A stretch of DNA of 56,688 nucleotides from Solirubrobacteraceae bacterium. Lineage in GTDB: Bacteria; Actinomycetota; Thermoleophilia; Solirubrobacterales; Solirubrobacteraceae. Where the stretch lies: assembly GCA_036491075.1 (NCBI GenBank), contig DASXCR010000070.1, positions 1 through 56,688 on the forward strand. The letters run 5' to 3'. A program made the translations under genes and the position numbers. Below are positions 27,710 through 36,878 of this stretch, piece after piece. Below the pieces are notes generated by a model. The model was not told the DNA's origin. It made no database searches and was given only the letters and a program-made list of their open reading frames with translations. Within the stretch, counting starts at the first letter, position 1; each line of letters starts with the position of its first letter.

Positions 27710-28858
27710 GTGCCCGTGACCTCCGCCGGCGTCTACGACATCCCGCAGGAGCTGGCGGACCTTCGCGACATGATCCGCCGGCTCGCGCGGGAGCGCATCG
27801 CGCCGCGCGCCGCCGAGATCGACCGCACCGCCGAGTACCCGCGCGACGTGCGCGAGCTGCTCGCCGAGCACGACGTCCTCGGCCTGCCGTTCGACGAGGA
27901 GTACGGCGGCACCGGCACCGGCACGCTGATGCTGCAGATGGCCGTCGAGGAGATCGCCAAGGCGTGCGCGTCGTCGGCGCTGATCCTGATGGTGCAGGAG
28001 CTCGGCACGCTGCCGATCCGGCTGTTCGGGACCGAGGAGCAGAAGCAGCGCTGGCTGCCGCGCTGCGCGACCGGCGAGTGGTCGCCCGCGTTCGCGCTGT
28101 CGGAACCCGAGGCCGGCTCGGACCCGGCGTCGCTGCGAACGAGTGCCGTCCGCGACGGCGACGAGTGGGTCGTCAACGGCCAGAAGAACTGGATCACGAA
28201 CGCCGGCGTCGCCGACTTCTACCTCGTCTTCGCGAAGACCGACCGCGAGGGCAACCGCAGCTCGTGCTTCGTCGTCGAGTCCGACCGCGAGGGCTTCGAT
28301 CCCGGCAAGCTCGAGCACAAGCTCGGCATCAAGGGCTCGCCGACGGGCTCGCCGTCCTTCACCGACGTCCGCGTGCCGGCGTCGAACATGATCGGCCCCG
28401 AGGGCAAGGGCCTGTCGGTCGCGCTCGGCACGCTCGAGCGCACGCGCCTCGGCGCCGCCGCGCAGGCCGTCGGCATCGCCCAGGGCGCGACCGACTACGC
28501 CGCGCAGTACGCGCGCGATCGGATCGCGTTCGGCAAGCCGATCAACGCGTTGCAGGGGATCCAGTTCAAGCTCGCCGACATGGAGACGCGCACCGCCGCG
28601 GCGCGCGAGCTGCTCTACAAGGCCTGTGCCAAGGCCGATCGCGACGAGCCCGATCTCGGCAAGTACTCGTCGATGGCGAAGCTGTTCGCCTCGGATAACG
28701 CGATGTACGTGACGCTCGAGGCGATCCAGGTCCTCGGCGGCTACGGCTACGTCAACGAGTACCCGGTCGAGCGGATGATGCGCGACGCGAAGATCACCCA
28801 GATCTACGAGGGCACGAACGAGATCCAGCGGGTCGTCATCGCCCGCTCGATGAAGTAG
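27710..28858 (+). CDS. Acyl-CoA dehydrogenase
   Basis: 382 aa. FALSEPEAGSDPASL, GQKNWITNAGVADFYLVFAK, ERTRLGAAAQAVGIAQGA and QVLGGYGYVNEYPVERMMRDAKITQIYEGTNEIQR match ACADs. Confidence 0.9.
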   Translation: MPVTSAGVYDIPQELADLRDMIRRLARERIAPRAAEIDRTAEYPRDVRELLAEHDVLGLPFDEEYGGTGTGTLMLQMAVEEIAKACASSALILMVQELGTLPIRLFGTEEQKQRWLPRCATGEWSPAFALSEPEAGSDPASLRTSAVRDGDEWVVNGQKNWITNAGVADFYLVFAKTDREGNRSSCFVVESDREGFDPGKLEHKLGIKGSPTGSPSFTDVRVPASNMIGPEGKGLSVALGTLERTRLGAAAQAVGIAQGATDYAAQYARDRIAFGKPINALQGIQFKLADMETRTAAARELLYKACAKADRDEPDLGKYSSMAKLFASDNAMYVTLEAIQVLGGYGYVNEYPVERMMRDAKITQIYEGTNEIQRVVIARSMK

Positions 28859-28869
28859 GCGCGGCGGCC

Positions 28870-29502
28870 ATGCAGACCCCCAACGTGCGGCGGGTCCTGC
28901 TGTCGGCGGCGCTCGCGCTCGCGATCGGGCTGGTCGCGCTGTCGCTGATGGGCGGCCTGAGCCTCTCGGGCCCGCTGCACGAGCTGCAGGGCGGGACGCT
29001 GATCGTCGTCGCGATCCTGCTGATCGGGATCGCGATGATGGCGCTGGGCCTGCGGATGGCGGGCTGGAACGAGTCGGGGTCCGAGGCCGACTTCGATCGC
29101 ATCGTCGAGGAGGCCGAGCGCCTCGCCCGCGAGGGCGTCGCAGCGGAGCCCGACGAGGTCGAGTTCATGGCGCTCGACCCCTACGACGACGACGACTTCG
29201 CCGAGCTCGTGCGCGACGCGATGGACGAGCTGCCCGACATCCTGCAGCGCGCGCTCGAGCGCAACGTCGCGGTCGTGATCTCCGACGGCGGGCGCCGCGC
29301 GGGCGCGTACGGCCTGTACCACGGCGACGGCGTCGCGCGCGACAACACGTCGGACCGGATCGTCATCTACCGCGACACGCTGCGCCGCGACTTCGGCCAC
29401 GACCCCGACGTGCTGCGCCACGAGGTCACCCGGACCGTCCGCCACGAGCTCGCGCACCATCTCGGCGCAGACGAGCTCGGCGTGCGCGACCTCGGCCTGT
29501 AG
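28870..29502 (+). CDS. Membrane-anchored zincin-like metallopeptidase family protein (DUF1025/Zincin_1-like)
   Basis: Two N-terminal hydrophobic helices. The C-terminal YGLYHGDG...IVIYRDTLRRDF...VTRTVRHELAHHLG contains an HExxH motif. Confidence 0.7.
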   Translation: MQTPNVRRVLLSAALALAIGLVALSLMGGLSLSGPLHELQGGTLIVVAILLIGIAMMALGLRMAGWNESGSEADFDRIVEEAERLAREGVAAEPDEVEFMALDPYDDDDFAELVRDAMDELPDILQRALERNVAVVISDGGRRAGAYGLYHGDGVARDNTSDRIVIYRDTLRRDFGHDPDVLRHEVTRTVRHELAHHLGADELGVRDLGL

Positions 29503-29604
29503 GCGCTGCCGCGGCGTCAGACGGACGCGGGCCGGCACACCCGCCCGCGCGGCCGGCGCCGAGCCGCCGACTCTGCCGCGCGGTGCGTACGATCGTTCGC
29601 GCCG

Positions 29605-30627
29605 ATGATGATCGTCATGCACCCGGGCGCCGAGGAGGCGCAGGTCGAGGCCGTGCGCGCGCGGCTGGCGCAGACGGGCGTGCACGTCGTCGTCATGCCC
29701 GGCGAGCTGACGACGGCGATCGGCGCGATCGGCGATCCCGAGGGCGTCGTCGAGCTCGGCATCGAGGGGATGGCCGGCGTCGACCGCGTCGTGCCGATCT
29801 CGCGCCCGTACAAGCTCGCCTCCTCCGAGCTCAGCCACCACCAGGCCAGCCGCTTTGAGATCGCGGGACGCACCGTCGGCGGCGGCGCGACGTTCTGCCT
29901 GATCGCCGGACCGTGCACGGTCGAGTCGCCCGAGCAGACGCTCGCGGTCGCCGAGGCCGTGCGCGCCGGTGGCGCGTCGATGCTGCGCGGCGGCGCCTTC
30001 AAGCCGCGCACGTCGCCGTTCGCCTTCAAGGGCCTGGGCGCGGCGGCGCTCGAGATCCTCGCGCAGGCGCGCGCGGCGACGGGGCTGCCGATCGTCACCG
30101 AGCTGCTGGACGCCGAGCACGCCGAGGCGATCGCGGCGGTCGCCGACGTCGTGCAGATCGGCGCGCGCAACATGCAGAACTACGCGTTGCTGGAGGTCGC
30201 GGGCCGGCTCGGCAAGCCCGTCCTGCTCAAGCGCGGGCTGTCGTCTTCGCTGGAGGAGCTGCTGATGGCGGCCGACTACGTACTCAAGGAGGGCACGGAG
30301 GAGGTCATCCTCTGCGAGCGCGGGAGCCGCACGTTCGAGACGGCGACGCGCTTCACGCTCGACCTCGGTGCCGTGCCGTGGCTGAAGCTGCACACGCACC
30401 TGCCGGTCGTCGTCGATCCGTCGCACGCCGCGGGCGACCGCCGGCTCGTCGAGCCGATGTCGCGCGCCGCGGCCGCGGTCGGTGCGGACGGGATCATCGT
30501 CGAGGTCCACGACGACCCCGAGCACGCCCGCTGCGACGGCCCGCAGTCGCTGTTCTCGTCGGACTTCGCGGCCTACGCGCGCGACGTCGCGGCGCACGCC
30601 GCGCTGCTCGGCAAGCAACTCGCCTGA
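29605..30627 (+). CDS. 3-deoxy-7-phosphoheptulonate (DAHP) synthase, type I-beta with N-terminal regulatory domain
   Basis: 340 aa. N-terminal ferredoxin-like segment ([21 protein letters not shown]...). Then [46 protein letters not shown] and VDPSHA, as in Thermotoga-type AroF/KDO8PS-like DAHP synthases. Confidence 0.9.
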   Translation: MMIVMHPGAEEAQVEAVRARLAQTGVHVVVMPGELTTAIGAIGDPEGVVELGIEGMAGVDRVVPISRPYKLASSELSHHQASRFEIAGRTVGGGATFCLIAGPCTVESPEQTLAVAEAVRAGGASMLRGGAFKPRTSPFAFKGLGAAALEILAQARAATGLPIVTELLDAEHAEAIAAVADVVQIGARNMQNYALLEVAGRLGKPVLLKRGLSSSLEELLMAADYVLKEGTEEVILCERGSRTFETATRFTLDLGAVPWLKLHTHLPVVVDPSHAAGDRRLVEPMSRAAAAVGADGIIVEVHDDPEHARCDGPQSLFSSDFAAYARDVAAHAALLGKQLA

Positions 30628-30709
30628 TCGGCGCCGACCGGGATCGCCCAACCGACGCGGTCGGGCGGCTCACGCCCGGAACGACCGAGCATCGCGCGCC
30701 GAGGGCGCC

Positions 30710-31345
30710 TCAGCCGTACAGCGTGTCCTCGTAGCGGGGGCCGTAGTACGTCTCGAGGGCCCCGAGCGTCTCGTCCGGGCGCTCCAGCGTCTGAGCGATG
30801 ACGGCGCGCGAGGCGAGCTCGCCGGCGTCCCAGGTCTCGGGCCTCCACAGCGCCGAGCGCAGGAAGGCCTTCGAGCAGTGGTAGAAGACCTCCGTCAGCT
30901 CGACCACGAGCGCCAGCCGCGGTCGATGTCCGGCCACGATCATGTCGTCGAAGAACGGCGCGTCGCGCACCAGCCGAGCATGGCCGTTGATGCGCAGCGT
31001 GTCGCCGCGACCTGGCACGAGGAAGATCAGCCCCACCTGCGGGTTCTCGAGCACGTTGCGAAAGCCGTCCACGCGGCGGTTGCCGGGGCGGTCGGGGATC
31101 GCGATCGTACGGTCGTCGAGGACGTGCGTGGATCCCGGTGGATCGCCGCGCGGGCTGACGTCGCACGTGCCGTCGGCTGCCGACGTCGCGATGAGGCACA
31201 TCGGCGATGCCGCGAGCCACCGGCGGTCGAGCTCGTGCAGCGTCGCACGCGCCTTGTTCGCGACACGCGGGATCGGCGATCCGACGATCTCGCGCAGCTC
31301 GTCCTCGTCGGCGACGATCGCCCAGTTCGCGTCGTGCTCATGCAT
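30710..31345 (-). CDS. PPOX-class FMN-dependent flavoprotein (pyridoxamine 5'-phosphate oxidase-like)
   Basis: Start chosen at MHEHDANWAIV. SPMCLIATSAADGTCDVSPRGD, IPDRPGNRRVDGFRNVLENPQVGLIFLVPG and ETLRINGHARL-type blocks. C-terminal CSKAFLRSALW. Confidence 0.8.
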   Translation of the reverse strand: MHEHDANWAIVADEDELREIVGSPIPRVANKARATLHELDRRWLAASPMCLIATSAADGTCDVSPRGDPPGSTHVLDDRTIAIPDRPGNRRVDGFRNVLENPQVGLIFLVPGRGDTLRINGHARLVRDAPFFDDMIVAGHRPRLALVVELTEVFYHCSKAFLRSALWRPETWDAGELASRAVIAQTLERPDETLGALETYYGPRYEDTLYG

Positions 31346-31415
31346 GACGCACACGATGGCAGAGGGGGGACCCGCGTTCGCGCGACTCGCGGCGCACTGT
31401 GGCGCGGGAGGCCCG

Positions 31416-31443
31416 TTGACTGACCAGTCAATCGTGTCACAAT
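31416..31443 (+). promoter_or_regulatory. Candidate promoter with overlapping near-palindrome
   Basis: TTGACTGaccaGTCAA (31416-31; arms TTGACT/AGTCAA) overlaps a TTGACT -35 box. CACAAT (31438-43) lies 16 nt downstream. The site is in the divergent region between the PPOX and thiolase genes. Confidence 0.35.
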
Positions 31444-31529
31444 GTGGTCTGGCCGCGGCGAGTGCGACGCCGCCGTGAAACAGCTGCCGTGGAGTGCGAC
31501 CGCCGGGGGCACAACCAACTGGAGCGACC

Positions 31530-32690
31530 ATGCCCGAAGCCGTGATCGTCGACGCCGTCCGCACGCCCATCGGCCGCGCGTTCAAGGGATCGCTGATCGG
31601 CGTGCGCGCCGACGACCTCGCCGCCACGCCGCTGCGCGCGCTGCGCGAGCGCAACCCCGAGGTCGATTTCGACGAGACCGTCGACGTCATGATGGGCTCG
31701 GCCTCCGGGATCGGAGAGCAGGGCTATAACGTCGGGCGCAACGCGACGCTGCTCGCCGGCTTCGACGAGCGCGTCCCGGGCTGCACGGTGAACCGCTTCT
31801 GCGCGTCGTCGCTGCAGACGCTGCGGATGGCGTTCCACGCGATCAAGGCCGGCGAGGGCGAGCAGTACGTCGCCGCGGGGGTCGAGGCGGTATCGCGCGC
31901 GGGCCTCGGCGCGGCAATCGCCGACGAGTCCAAGCACTCGCTGCTGAACGGGTCCGAGGGCTCCCTGTACGACGTCTACATCCCGATGGGGATGACGGCC
32001 GAGAACGTGGCGCGCGAGCGCGACGTGTCGCGCGAGGCGCAGGACGAGTGGGCGCTGATCTCGCAGACGCGCGCAGTCGCGGCGCAGGCGTCGGGACACT
32101 TCGACGCCGAGATCGTGGGGGTCGCGCTGCCCGACGGCGGCGAGTTCCTGAGGGACGACGGCCCGCGCCCGGGGACGACGATGGAGAAGCTCGCGGCGCT
32201 GAAGCCGGTCTTCAAGGAGGACGGCACGGTGACCGCCGGCAACGCCTGCCCGCTGAACGACGGCGCTGCGGCCGTGCTCGTGATGTCCGAGGTGCGCGCG
32301 GGGGCGCTGGGCCTGAAGCCGCGCGCGCGGATCGTCGCGTCGACGGTCGCAGCAATCCGCCCCGAGGTCATGGGCCTCGGCCCGATCCCCGCGATCCAGG
32401 CCCTGCTCGCGCAGACGGGCCTCTCGATCGCCGACATCGACGTCGTCGAGATCAACGAGGCCTTCGCTGCCCAGATCGTGCCCTGCATGCGCGAGCTCGG
32501 CATCACCGAGGAGCAGCTGAACCCCTTCGGCGGCGCGATCGCGCTCGGGCACCCGTTCGGCATGACCGGTGCGCGGATCATGACGACGCTGCTCAACGGC
32601 CTCGATGCGAAGGACGGGCGCTACGGCATCGAGTCGATGTGCGTCGCCGGCGGGATGGGCCAGGCGATGCTGGTCGAGCGGCTGGGGTGA
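31530..32690 (+). CDS. Acetyl-CoA C-acetyltransferase (thiolase)
   Basis: MPEAVIVDAVRTPIGRAFKGSL, VNRFCASSLQ (active-site Cys), NEAFAAQ, GGAIALGHPFGMTGAR and CVAGGMG are thiolase signatures. Confidence 0.9.
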   Translation: MPEAVIVDAVRTPIGRAFKGSLIGVRADDLAATPLRALRERNPEVDFDETVDVMMGSASGIGEQGYNVGRNATLLAGFDERVPGCTVNRFCASSLQTLRMAFHAIKAGEGEQYVAAGVEAVSRAGLGAAIADESKHSLLNGSEGSLYDVYIPMGMTAENVARERDVSREAQDEWALISQTRAVAAQASGHFDAEIVGVALPDGGEFLRDDGPRPGTTMEKLAALKPVFKEDGTVTAGNACPLNDGAAAVLVMSEVRAGALGLKPRARIVASTVAAIRPEVMGLGPIPAIQALLAQTGLSIADIDVVEINEAFAAQIVPCMRELGITEEQLNPFGGAIALGHPFGMTGARIMTTLLNGLDAKDGRYGIESMCVAGGMGQAMLVERLG

Positions 32691-32826
32691 GCCGGCACCG
32701 ATCGCGCTCTGCGTTTCGCGGCGGGCGGGCTGCGCGGCGTCGCGGAAGGAGCCTGGCGCCGCCGCGTCGAGCGGCCCCAGGAGGCTTCGATACGATCGCC
32801 GGCATGCGAGGAAACGGACCGCGGGC

Positions 32827-33525
32827 ATGACGCTGCCCGCCGGATTTCACGGGCTGTGGCCGACTCCGATCGGGGTGCACCGCTACGCCGACGCCGACCG
32901 GGTCAACCCGCTTCTGGTCAGCGCGTTCGCCGACGGGCGTGCCGCGCAGGAGCGCCAGCGGGGCGTCGAGCGCGGGCCGTTCTTCGCCAGCGACGACGAT
33001 CTGCTGCACCGCGTGAAGATCCCCGAGTGGCAGGAGTTCGTCCGCTTCGTCGTGGCCAGCCTCGGCGAGACCGTCAAGAACGCGAACGCGGCGGCCTGGG
33101 GCGGACAGGAGATGCAGCTGAAGGTCAGCATCGAGGGGATGTGGTTTCAGTGCAGCCGCGACGGGGCGTTTCACGACGTGCACACGCACGGCAACTGCTC
33201 CTGGTCGGCCGCCTACATCGTCCAGATCGACGAGTCGCAGCGACGCGTGTCGCATCCGGTCTACGGCGCGGCGAACGGCGTGACGCGCCTGTACGGCCCG
33301 CCGTTCAACGCGCTCGGCGGGGCCTTCGTCGACATCGGCAACGCATACCTGCAGCCGCCGAGCCAGGACATCGAGCCGATTGCGGGACAGCTCGTGCTGT
33401 TTCCGTCCTGGCTCGCCCATCAGGCGATGCCCTACGACGGCGAGAAGGAGCGGATCATCATCTCGTTCAACGCCAGCATCCACGGGACGCAGGGCGACCA
33501 GCTGCACGACTACAGCGCGCACTGA
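32827..33525 (+). CDS. TIGR02466-like putative 2OG-Fe(II) oxygenase family protein
   Basis: Real start lies inside ORF 32605..33525. FHDVHTHGNCSWSAAYIV and GQLVLFPSWLAHQAMPY...RIIISFN match the 2OG-FeII_Oxy_5 pattern. Confidence 0.7.
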   Translation: MTLPAGFHGLWPTPIGVHRYADADRVNPLLVSAFADGRAAQERQRGVERGPFFASDDDLLHRVKIPEWQEFVRFVVASLGETVKNANAAAWGGQEMQLKVSIEGMWFQCSRDGAFHDVHTHGNCSWSAAYIVQIDESQRRVSHPVYGAANGVTRLYGPPFNALGGAFVDIGNAYLQPPSQDIEPIAGQLVLFPSWLAHQAMPYDGEKERIIISFNASIHGTQGDQLHDYSAH

Positions 33526-33569
33526 GCGCGCGGTCGGGCGCAGACGCAGTCGCAGACCCAGCCCCAGAG

Positions 33570-35438
33570 TCAGACGATGAAGGTGCTGCCGCCGCCCTCG
33601 AGCGGGTTGCGGATGCGCTCGGCGTCGGCGGTGCGTCCCGCGGCCTGGTAGGCGTTGGCGAGGTTGCCGCGACTGCCGACCGTGTCGGCGTGGTCGGCGC
33701 CGAGCGTGCGCTCGAGGGCCGAGACCAGCGGCTCGAGGATCGCGATCGCGTCGTCGAGGCGCCCCGCGTCCTGGTAGAGGATCGCGAGGTTGTTGCGGGT
33801 GCGCAGCGTGTTGGGGTGCTCGCTGCCGAGGCTGCGCTCACGGTCGGCGAGCAGCGGCTCGAGCAGCGCGATCGCGTCCTCGGTGCGTCCGGCATCCTGG
33901 TAGGCGTTGGCGAGGCTGTTGCGCATCAGCAGCGTGTTGGCGTGGTCGCTGCCGAGCGTCTCCTCGAGGCCGGCGAGCAGCGGCTCGAGGATCGCGATCG
34001 CGTCGTCGGCGCGCCCCGCGTCCAGGTAGGCGTTCGCGAGGCCGCCGCGCGTGCTGACCGTGTTCGGATGCTCCGCGCCGAGGATCCGCTCGCGGTCGGC
34101 GAGCAGCGGCTCGAGGATCGCGATCGCGTCGTCGGCGCGCCGGGCGGCGACGTAGGCGTTGGCGAGGTTGCCGCGGCTGGAGAGGGTGTCGGGGTGCTCG
34201 CTGCCGAGGGTCCGCTCGCGGTCGGCGAGCAGCGGCTCGAAGATCGCGATCGCGTCCGCCGTGCGTCCGGCGGCCTGGTAGGCGTTGGCGAGGTTGCCGC
34301 GGCTGGAAAGCGTGTCGGGATGGTCGGTGCCGAGGATGCGCTCGAGGTCGGCGATCAGCGGCTCGAAGAGCTCGATCGCCTCCTTGGATCGTCCCGCGGC
34401 CTGATGGGTGCTCGCGAGGTTGCCGCGGCTGGCGAGCGCGTCGGGGTGCTCGGCGCCGAGGATGCGCTCGAGGTCGGCGACGAGCGGCTCGAGGATCGTC
34501 AGCGCGTTCTTCGTGCGTCCGGCGGCCTGGTAGGCGTTGGCGAGGTTGCCGCGGCTGGCGAAGGTGTCGGGGTGCTCGGTGCCGAGGACGCGCTCGAGGT
34601 CGGCTACGAGCGGCTCGAGGATCGCGATCGCCTCCTTGGTGCGCCCGGCGGCCTGGTGCGCATTGGCGAGGTTGCCGCGCGTGCGCAGCGTGTTCGGGTG
34701 CTGCGCCCCGAGGATCCGGTCGCGGTCGGCGAGCAGCGGCTCGTAGATCGCGATCGCCTCCTGGGTGCGCCCGGCGGCCTGGTAGGCGTTGGCGAGGTTG
34801 CCGCGGGTGCGCAGCGTGTTCGGGTGCTCGGCACCGAGCGTCCCCTCCAGGTCGGCGAGCAGCGGCTCGTAGATCGCGATCGCGTCGTCGGCACGCCCGG
34901 CGGCCTGGTAGGCGTTGGCGAGGTTTCCGCGGGTGCTGAGCGTGTTCGGGTGCTGGGCGCCGAGGATCCGCCGCAGGTCGACCAGCAGCGGCTCGAAGAT
35001 CGCGATCGCGTCCTGGGTGCGTCCGGCGGCCTGGTAGGCGTTGGCGAGGTTGCCGCGGCTGGGGAGCGTGTCGGGATGCTGCGCGCCGAGGATCCGCTTG
35101 AGGTCGGCGAGCACGGGCTCGAGGATCGCGATCGCGTCGGCCGTGCGTCCCGCCGTCTGGTAGGCGCTGGCGAGGTTTCCGCGGGTGCGCAGCGTGTTGG
35201 CGTGTTCGGCGCCGAGGACACGCTCGAGGTCGGCGACGAGCGGCTCGAGGGTCGCGATCGCGTCCGTCGTGCGGCCGGCGTCCTGGTAGGCGTTGGCGAG
35301 GTTGTAGCGGGAGCGCAGCGTGCTCGGGTGCTCGGCGCCGCGGATCAGCTGGTGGTTGGCGACGAGCGGCTCGAGGGTCGCGATCGCGTCCTGGGGGCGT
35401 CCGACGGCCGGGTCTCGTCCCGCGTCCTGCTTGGTCAT
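33570..35438 (-). CDS. All-TPR protein: 14 tandem 42-residue (kinesin-light-chain-type, TPR_10/12) repeats
   Basis: Start chosen at MTKQDAGRDPAVGRPQD. Then 14 in-register copies of AIAILEPLLADRERILGAEHPNTLRTRGNLANAYQAAGRTxD, followed by a 17-aa tail. The longer ORF to 35828 has no coding bias upstream of 35438. Confidence 0.85.
   Translation of the reverse strand: MTKQDAGRDPAVGRPQDAIATLEPLVANHQLIRGAEHPSTLRSRYNLANAYQDAGRTTDAIATLEPLVADLERVLGAEHANTLRTRGNLASAYQTAGRTADAIAILEPVLADLKRILGAQHPDTLPSRGNLANAYQAAGRTQDAIAIFEPLLVDLRRILGAQHPNTLSTRGNLANAYQAAGRADDAIAIYEPLLADLEGTLGAEHPNTLRTRGNLANAYQAAGRTQEAIAIYEPLLADRDRILGAQHPNTLRTRGNLANAHQAAGRTKEAIAILEPLVADLERVLGTEHPDTFASRGNLANAYQAAGRTKNALTILEPLVADLERILGAEHPDALASRGNLASTHQAAGRSKEAIELFEPLIADLERILGTDHPDTLSSRGNLANAYQAAGRTADAIAIFEPLLADRERTLGSEHPDTLSSRGNLANAYVAARRADDAIAILEPLLADRERILGAEHPNTVSTRGGLANAYLDAGRADDAIAILEPLLAGLEETLGSDHANTLLMRNSLANAYQDAGRTEDAIALLEPLLADRERSLGSEHPNTLRTRNNLAILYQDAGRLDDAIAILEPLVSALERTLGADHADTVGSRGNLANAYQAAGRTADAERIRNPLEGGGSTFIV
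33624..35387. repeat. 126-bp tandem repeat array (14 copies) encoding the TPR units
   Basis: The same motifs recur every 126 nt: ggcgttggcgaggttgccgcg..., gcgatcgcgtc... and cagcggctcga(g/a)gatcgcgatcgc. No indels break the period. Confidence 0.85.
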
Positions 35439-35699
35439 GTTCGAGCTCCCGCTTTCGAAGTCCAGGTCGACGACGATCCCGCAGGCCGCCTCGCGTCGAA
35501 CCCTACGCCAGGGCAGGCGGCCCGCCAGGGTTGATACGTCAGCTTGCGCCTTCCGGGTCTCATGTCCTGCGGACATTCGTCCGATAGGAAGGTCATGGAC
35601 ACCGTCAGCCCGCGCCGACCGCAGCAGTGTGGTTACCCGCACCCCGATCAGCGGGTTGTCCACATTGCGCGGCCGCCGGCGCCCCGGCAGGCTGAGAAC

Positions 35700-35900
35700 A
35701 TGGCCCACGAGCTCACGACCGACCAGATGCGCGAGATCGTGCGATTGCGCCGGCGCAACCCGCGCGCCGAGGTGCTCGTGCATCACAAGCCGTGGGGGAT
35801 CATCGTCGAGGCGCGCCGGTCGGGACACGCGATCGAGCTCGAGCGCTTCGACTGGACCGGTGCGGTCACGCCCGACCGGCCGATCGCGCTGGCCGCGTAG
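35700..35900 (+). CDS. Small hypothetical protein (66 aa)
   Basis: MAHELTTDQMREIVRLRRRNPRAEVLVHHKPWGIIVEARRSGHAIELERFDWTG. GC3 bias is clean. Divergent from the TPR gene. No family recognised. Confidence 0.5.
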   Translation: MAHELTTDQMREIVRLRRRNPRAEVLVHHKPWGIIVEARRSGHAIELERFDWTGAVTPDRPIALAA

Positions 35901-35942
35901 CGCTCGCGGGCCGTAGCGCCACCGTCACCGCAGCGGCGCGGG

Positions 35943-36398
35943 TCAGGAACCGGCGGCGGCCTGCTCGCGCGCGTAGGTGTCCAGCCGGGCGAGCTCGTCG
36001 GCGTATATCTTGCGCATCACCTTCGGCGCGAACGTGCGCTCGAAGAAGCCGCCGATCCCGCTCGCGCCGTTCCACTGCGTCTGGATGCGGACCGAGCAGG
36101 TGTCGCCCGCCGGGCTGACGGTGAACGTCGTCACGAGCGACGAGTTCTCGTCGGTCTCGGTGATGACCTTGCCCGGCTGCGGCTCGTCGACGCGCATGAG
36201 GTACTCCCGCACGCGGTTGCCGGCGTTGACCTTGAAGCGGTGCAGCGTCCCGGCGCCGACGCCGCCCTCGACGACCTCGAAGTCCGTGATCGCATCCGGC
36301 AGGAACTTCACGTGGTGCGAGTCGTCGGCGATCAGCCGGTAGGTCAGGTCGGCGGGGGCGCCGACCGCCCCGTCTTGTACGACGTTGATGATTCCCAT
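35943..36398 (-). CDS. SRPBCC (START/polyketide cyclase-like) family protein
   Basis: 151 aa. Size and pattern (VKFLPDAITDFEVVEGGVGAGTLHRFKVNAG...SVRIQTQWNGASGIGGFFERTFAPKVMRKIYADEL) fit the SRPBCC ligand-binding fold. Confidence 0.75.
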   Translation of the reverse strand: MGIINVVQDGAVGAPADLTYRLIADDSHHVKFLPDAITDFEVVEGGVGAGTLHRFKVNAGNRVREYLMRVDEPQPGKVITETDENSSLVTTFTVSPAGDTCSVRIQTQWNGASGIGGFFERTFAPKVMRKIYADELARLDTYAREQAAAGS

Positions 36399-36455
36399 GC
36401 GCGAACCCTACGCAACGGCCATCTCGCGGGCTGCGGCCCGCGCGCCGCGCGGTGG

Positions 36456-36878
36456 TCAGCCGGCGACGCGGCCGCAGGCTTGGTCGCGGCAGTCGATCAC
36501 GACGCGCCCTGCCGCGTCGCGCGCGACGAGCCGCCGCAGCTCCGTGCGGCGTGTGCGCAGGACGACGAACAGGCGGTAGCCGTGCGGGAGGCGCCCCTGC
36601 CGCACGGCGGCCGGATCGACGGGTCGCGTGCGCAGCCGGACGCGGCTCGGGTCGAAGTACACCGTCTGGTGCCGCCCGCGCCGGTGGGCCCGGTTCAGGA
36701 ACAGCTCGACGTCGACGACGTCGGACCTGGCGAGCGCCGCGATCCAAGACTGGCCGGCGGTGCGCAGGCCGCTCAGCGCAAGCAGCGGCTGGCGCCGCGG
36801 GTGCGTCGAGCAGGGGGCGCCCTCGCCGCCCGCGAAGCGAGCCTGGTGGCCGAGGAAGAACCCCATCCCGATCGTCAC
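36456..36878 (-). CDS. Hypothetical protein (140 aa)
   Basis: This frame alone shows consistent GC3 bias in the interval. GTG start. Arg-rich, with no recognisable motif. Confidence 0.4.
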   Translation of the reverse strand: MTIGMGFFLGHQARFAGGEGAPCSTHPRRQPLLALSGLRTAGQSWIAALARSDVVDVELFLNRAHRRGRHQTVYFDPSRVRLRTRPVDPAAVRQGRLPHGYRLFVVLRTRRTELRRLVARDAAGRVVIDCRDQACGRVAG

